Positions 61,858-64,000 of a stretch of 64,000 bases of DNA are shown here, piece after piece. Position numbers and translations under genes: made by a program. Below the pieces are notes generated by a model that searched no databases, was not told the origin of the DNA, and saw only the letters and a program-made list of their open reading frames with translations. Each line of letters starts with the position of its first letter. Within the stretch, counting starts at the first letter, position 1. This DNA is from an uncultured Spirochaetota bacterium. Its GTDB lineage: Bacteria > Spirochaetota > UBA4802 > UBA5550. Location: assembly GCA_963827275.1 (NCBI GenBank), contig CAWHAA010000005.1:689474-753473 (forward strand), written 5' to 3'.

Positions 61858-62229
61858 CTAGCGGATCAACCGCTGGACGACCTTTACCATGTCCTGGTTG
61901 CTGAACGGTTTGACGATCCACCCCGAAGCGCCCGCATCCTTCCCGGCCCGTATCTTCTGTTCCTCGCTCTCCGTCGTCAGCACAAGGACCGGCGTGAACT
62001 TGTCGGTCTTGCGAAATTCGCCGATGAAGGTTATCCCGTCCATCACCGGCATGTTCACATCGACAATGCAGAGCGCCACGTCGTCCCCCTTGCCCTTGAT
62101 GCCCTTTATCTTTTCAAGGGCATCCGATCCGTTCTCCGCATTGTCCATGGGATAGCCCAGGCCCATCAGGGCGTATTCAACGCTCGTCCGTATGGTTGGG
62201 GAATCGTCTATTATCATTATATGCTTCAT
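61858..62229 (-). CDS. cheY: Single-domain response regulator (CheY-like)
   Basis: IIDDS, VDVNMPVMDG, LTTES, GASGWIVKPF. Confidence 0.9.
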   Translation of the reverse strand: MKHIMIIDDSPTIRTSVEYALMGLGYPMDNAENGSDALEKIKGIKGKGDDVALCIVDVNMPVMDGITFIGEFRKTDKFTPVLVLTTESEEQKIRAGKDAGASGWIVKPFSNQDMVKVVQRLIR

Positions 62230-62316
62230 ACACCCTACCTCATCTGAATACTATGCTGCCACTGACAGCGTTTAACAAAACCCGCACCCGCTTCGCGGGG
62301 GTACGCGCCGCCGCAT

Positions 62317-62577
62317 CTACCCGCCCTGTTGAATTCCCGCGTACGCCAGGAGCCGCGCCGTCGCCTCGTTCATGTTTCTGATCATGCAGTTCCCGCCTTT
62401 ACGGGCGCACTCGCGCCGCAACGCGAGCAGCACCTGCACGACCGAACAATCGACCCGGTTTGCTTTTGAAAAATCAACGATGCAATCGGCTCCCGCCTCG
62501 ACCGTCAACAGGGCGGTTTCATGCAGCCTCCTTGACATCTTGACCCCGACATCACCGACAAGCTTGATTGTTTTCAT
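62317..62577 (-). CDS. STAS-domain protein
   Basis: 86 aa, VDFSKANRVDCSVVQVLLAL. Confidence 0.8.
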   Translation of the reverse strand: MKTIKLVGDVGVKMSRRLHETALLTVEAGADCIVDFSKANRVDCSVVQVLLALRRECARKGGNCMIRNMNEATARLLAYAGIQQGG

Positions 62578-62601
62578 GCTCCGCCCTCGCCTTCGCCTCT
62601 A

Positions 62602-64000
62602 TTAAAATATTATAACACTGTCTTTCGACTTTTCCGAGCCCAGGTCCCTGCACAGCTCCGTCAGCAATGATTCCGCCCCGGGGCTGGCCGGCGATTCCCG
62701 GAGCCGCTGCAGCTCGGCCGTCGCATCAAACGCGGAATCGCCGTATTCGATTTCGTTATATGCATGGACAGCCGCGATGATGTCGCGGAGCGACTCCCCC
62801 GCCTCATGCAGCCCGATGGTATTGCAGTTCTCATTGTTGAACAAAAGCACCTTCTGGCAGCTGCGCCCTATCTCGTTTGAAATGTCCCAGTAATATTTCT
62901 GCGACTCGTACAGCTTGACCGAAACCTTTTTCATTGAGCTGATGCAGCCGGCCAGCACCTCCTCCTGAAGCTTGAAGTTCCCCGCGTACTGCGCGACCGC
63001 CCCCTCCATGTTTTTCCTGATGCCCTGGTACATGGAGATCGATTCCTCAAGCACGCGCTTCATTGTGTCGGGGAGGGTCATGACGGAAGTCAGGGCCCCG
63101 CCCAGCTTCCGCGACAGCACCGTATGGCGCGCCAGCTCGATCCTGGTTATCATGTTCAGCGCCTCGAAGCGGCGGATGATGTCCGAAATGGCGTTAAAGA
63201 GCATTTCAAATTCATTCAGGACGTCTATGATAGACCCGGAGAGGCCCAGGAGCTTTCTCTTGCTTGTGATGATCTCTTCCATGTATCCTATATACTCGTC
63301 CTTCATCTCCTCAATCCGCTGATACACCGCGTCCATCCTGTCCTGTTGATCTTCATCAGCCATTTCACCGCCCGGATTAATGCGTGCCTGGATCTCGTTG
63401 AGGAGGCCGGACAGGCGGTCGCAGCATCCGCGGATCTCCTGATCCTGCGCCGCAACATCGCCAAGGAGGTCCGCGAGCTGTTCCGTGATGACATACATGA
63501 TCGCGGGACCATAGTCATCCGATGCATTCCGGCGCCCGTCATCCGCTTCAGCATCGCGCTCCTCAAGGTAAAACAGTATCCTTTCCATCTTCTGGCGGAT
63601 AACGTCCTCCATCTGGATGTTGTTGACGAAGCTCTTCATCGACGTTTCAAGCTCACTTGAGCTTGCGAGTATCCCGTTCACCTGTTCCGAAACCCTATGC
63701 AGCTCGCCTATCATATCATTGAATTTTACCGAAATATTCAGCTTCATTTTTGTCAGATAGTTTTCGCCTATCACATCGATCCTGTCGCGGACGGCGTTGA
63801 ACTCCTCCCGTGAAGCGTCCAGCTTCCCGAGATATTCGCTGAACCTGGCGCCGATCCCGTTCACCACCCGGGCCATCGCGCCCATCTCGCTGGAAATGCG
63901 CGCGAGGGCCTTCCCCTCGTCTCCGTACTTCGTCGATATGATCAGCATGTTCTCGGAATAGATATCGATCTCGTCGATGAGGCCGAGGATCATGTCCACG
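62602..64000 (-). CDS. MCP-like coiled-coil chemotaxis protein, 5' end outside the window
   Basis: Degenerate signalling-hairpin segments and IQMEDVIRQKMERI; ORF is open to the window edge. Confidence 0.65.
   Translation of the reverse strand, partial: VDMILGLIDEIDIYSENMLIISTKYGDEGKALARISSEMGAMARVVNGIGARFSEYLGKLDASREEFNAVRDRIDVIGENYLTKMKLNISVKFNDMIGELHRVSEQVNGILASSSELETSMKSFVNNIQMEDVIRQKMERILFYLEERDAEADDGRRNASDDYGPAIMYVITEQLADLLGDVAAQDQEIRGCCDRLSGLLNEIQARINPGGEMADEDQQDRMDAVYQRIEEMKDEYIGYMEEIITSKRKLLGLSGSIIDVLNEFEMLFNAISDIIRRFEALNMITRIELARHTVLSRKLGGALTSVMTLPDTMKRVLEESISMYQGIRKNMEGAVAQYAGNFKLQEEVLAGCISSMKKVSVKLYESQKYYWDISNEIGRSCQKVLLFNNENCNTIGLHEAGESLRDIIAAVHAYNEIEYGDSAFDATAELQRLRESPASPGAESLLTELCRDLGSEKSKDSVIIF

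Overview
Bacterial chromosomal window, mostly GC-rich with AT-richer patches. It is probably from an anaerobic Spirochaetota genome; this is an inference from a LipL45/FecR-like lipoprotein and Leptospira-like hypothetical genes. All calls come from reading motifs by eye; no database search was run. Clustered single-base frameshifts in essential genes (valS, carA) suggest long-read indel errors, so pseudogene status cannot be judged. Left to right: methyltransferase, class I prenyltransferase-like gene and radical SAM gene followed by a ~45-bp-period palindromic repeat array; peroxiredoxin; FGGY kinase plus sphingosine-1-phosphate lyase-like operon; ychF-like gene; methyltransferases; lemA/TPM; valS; an IS91-like remnant and a HigBA-like toxin-antitoxin pair bracketed by ~95-bp direct repeats; thioesterase; ArsR/CDF metal efflux; MCP; parAB; assorted enzymes; B12 radical SAM; ALDH/ADH; carA; lipoproteins; an ~18-kb tungsten/molybdenum island; and a chemotaxis cluster running off the right edge. 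The island holds tupABC, a TiaS-N-like enzyme, an ECF transporter, molybdopterin-binding-fold proteins, two paralogous TonB-dependent receptors, a triple-repeat lipoprotein, a CcsA/CcsB-like pair, Mop and a TaoR-like regulator with phased direct-repeat candidate operators. It is the best candidate for an undescribed system, possibly import or salvage of a W/Mo-pterin or chelated W/Mo. No rRNA, tRNA or CRISPR array was recognised.
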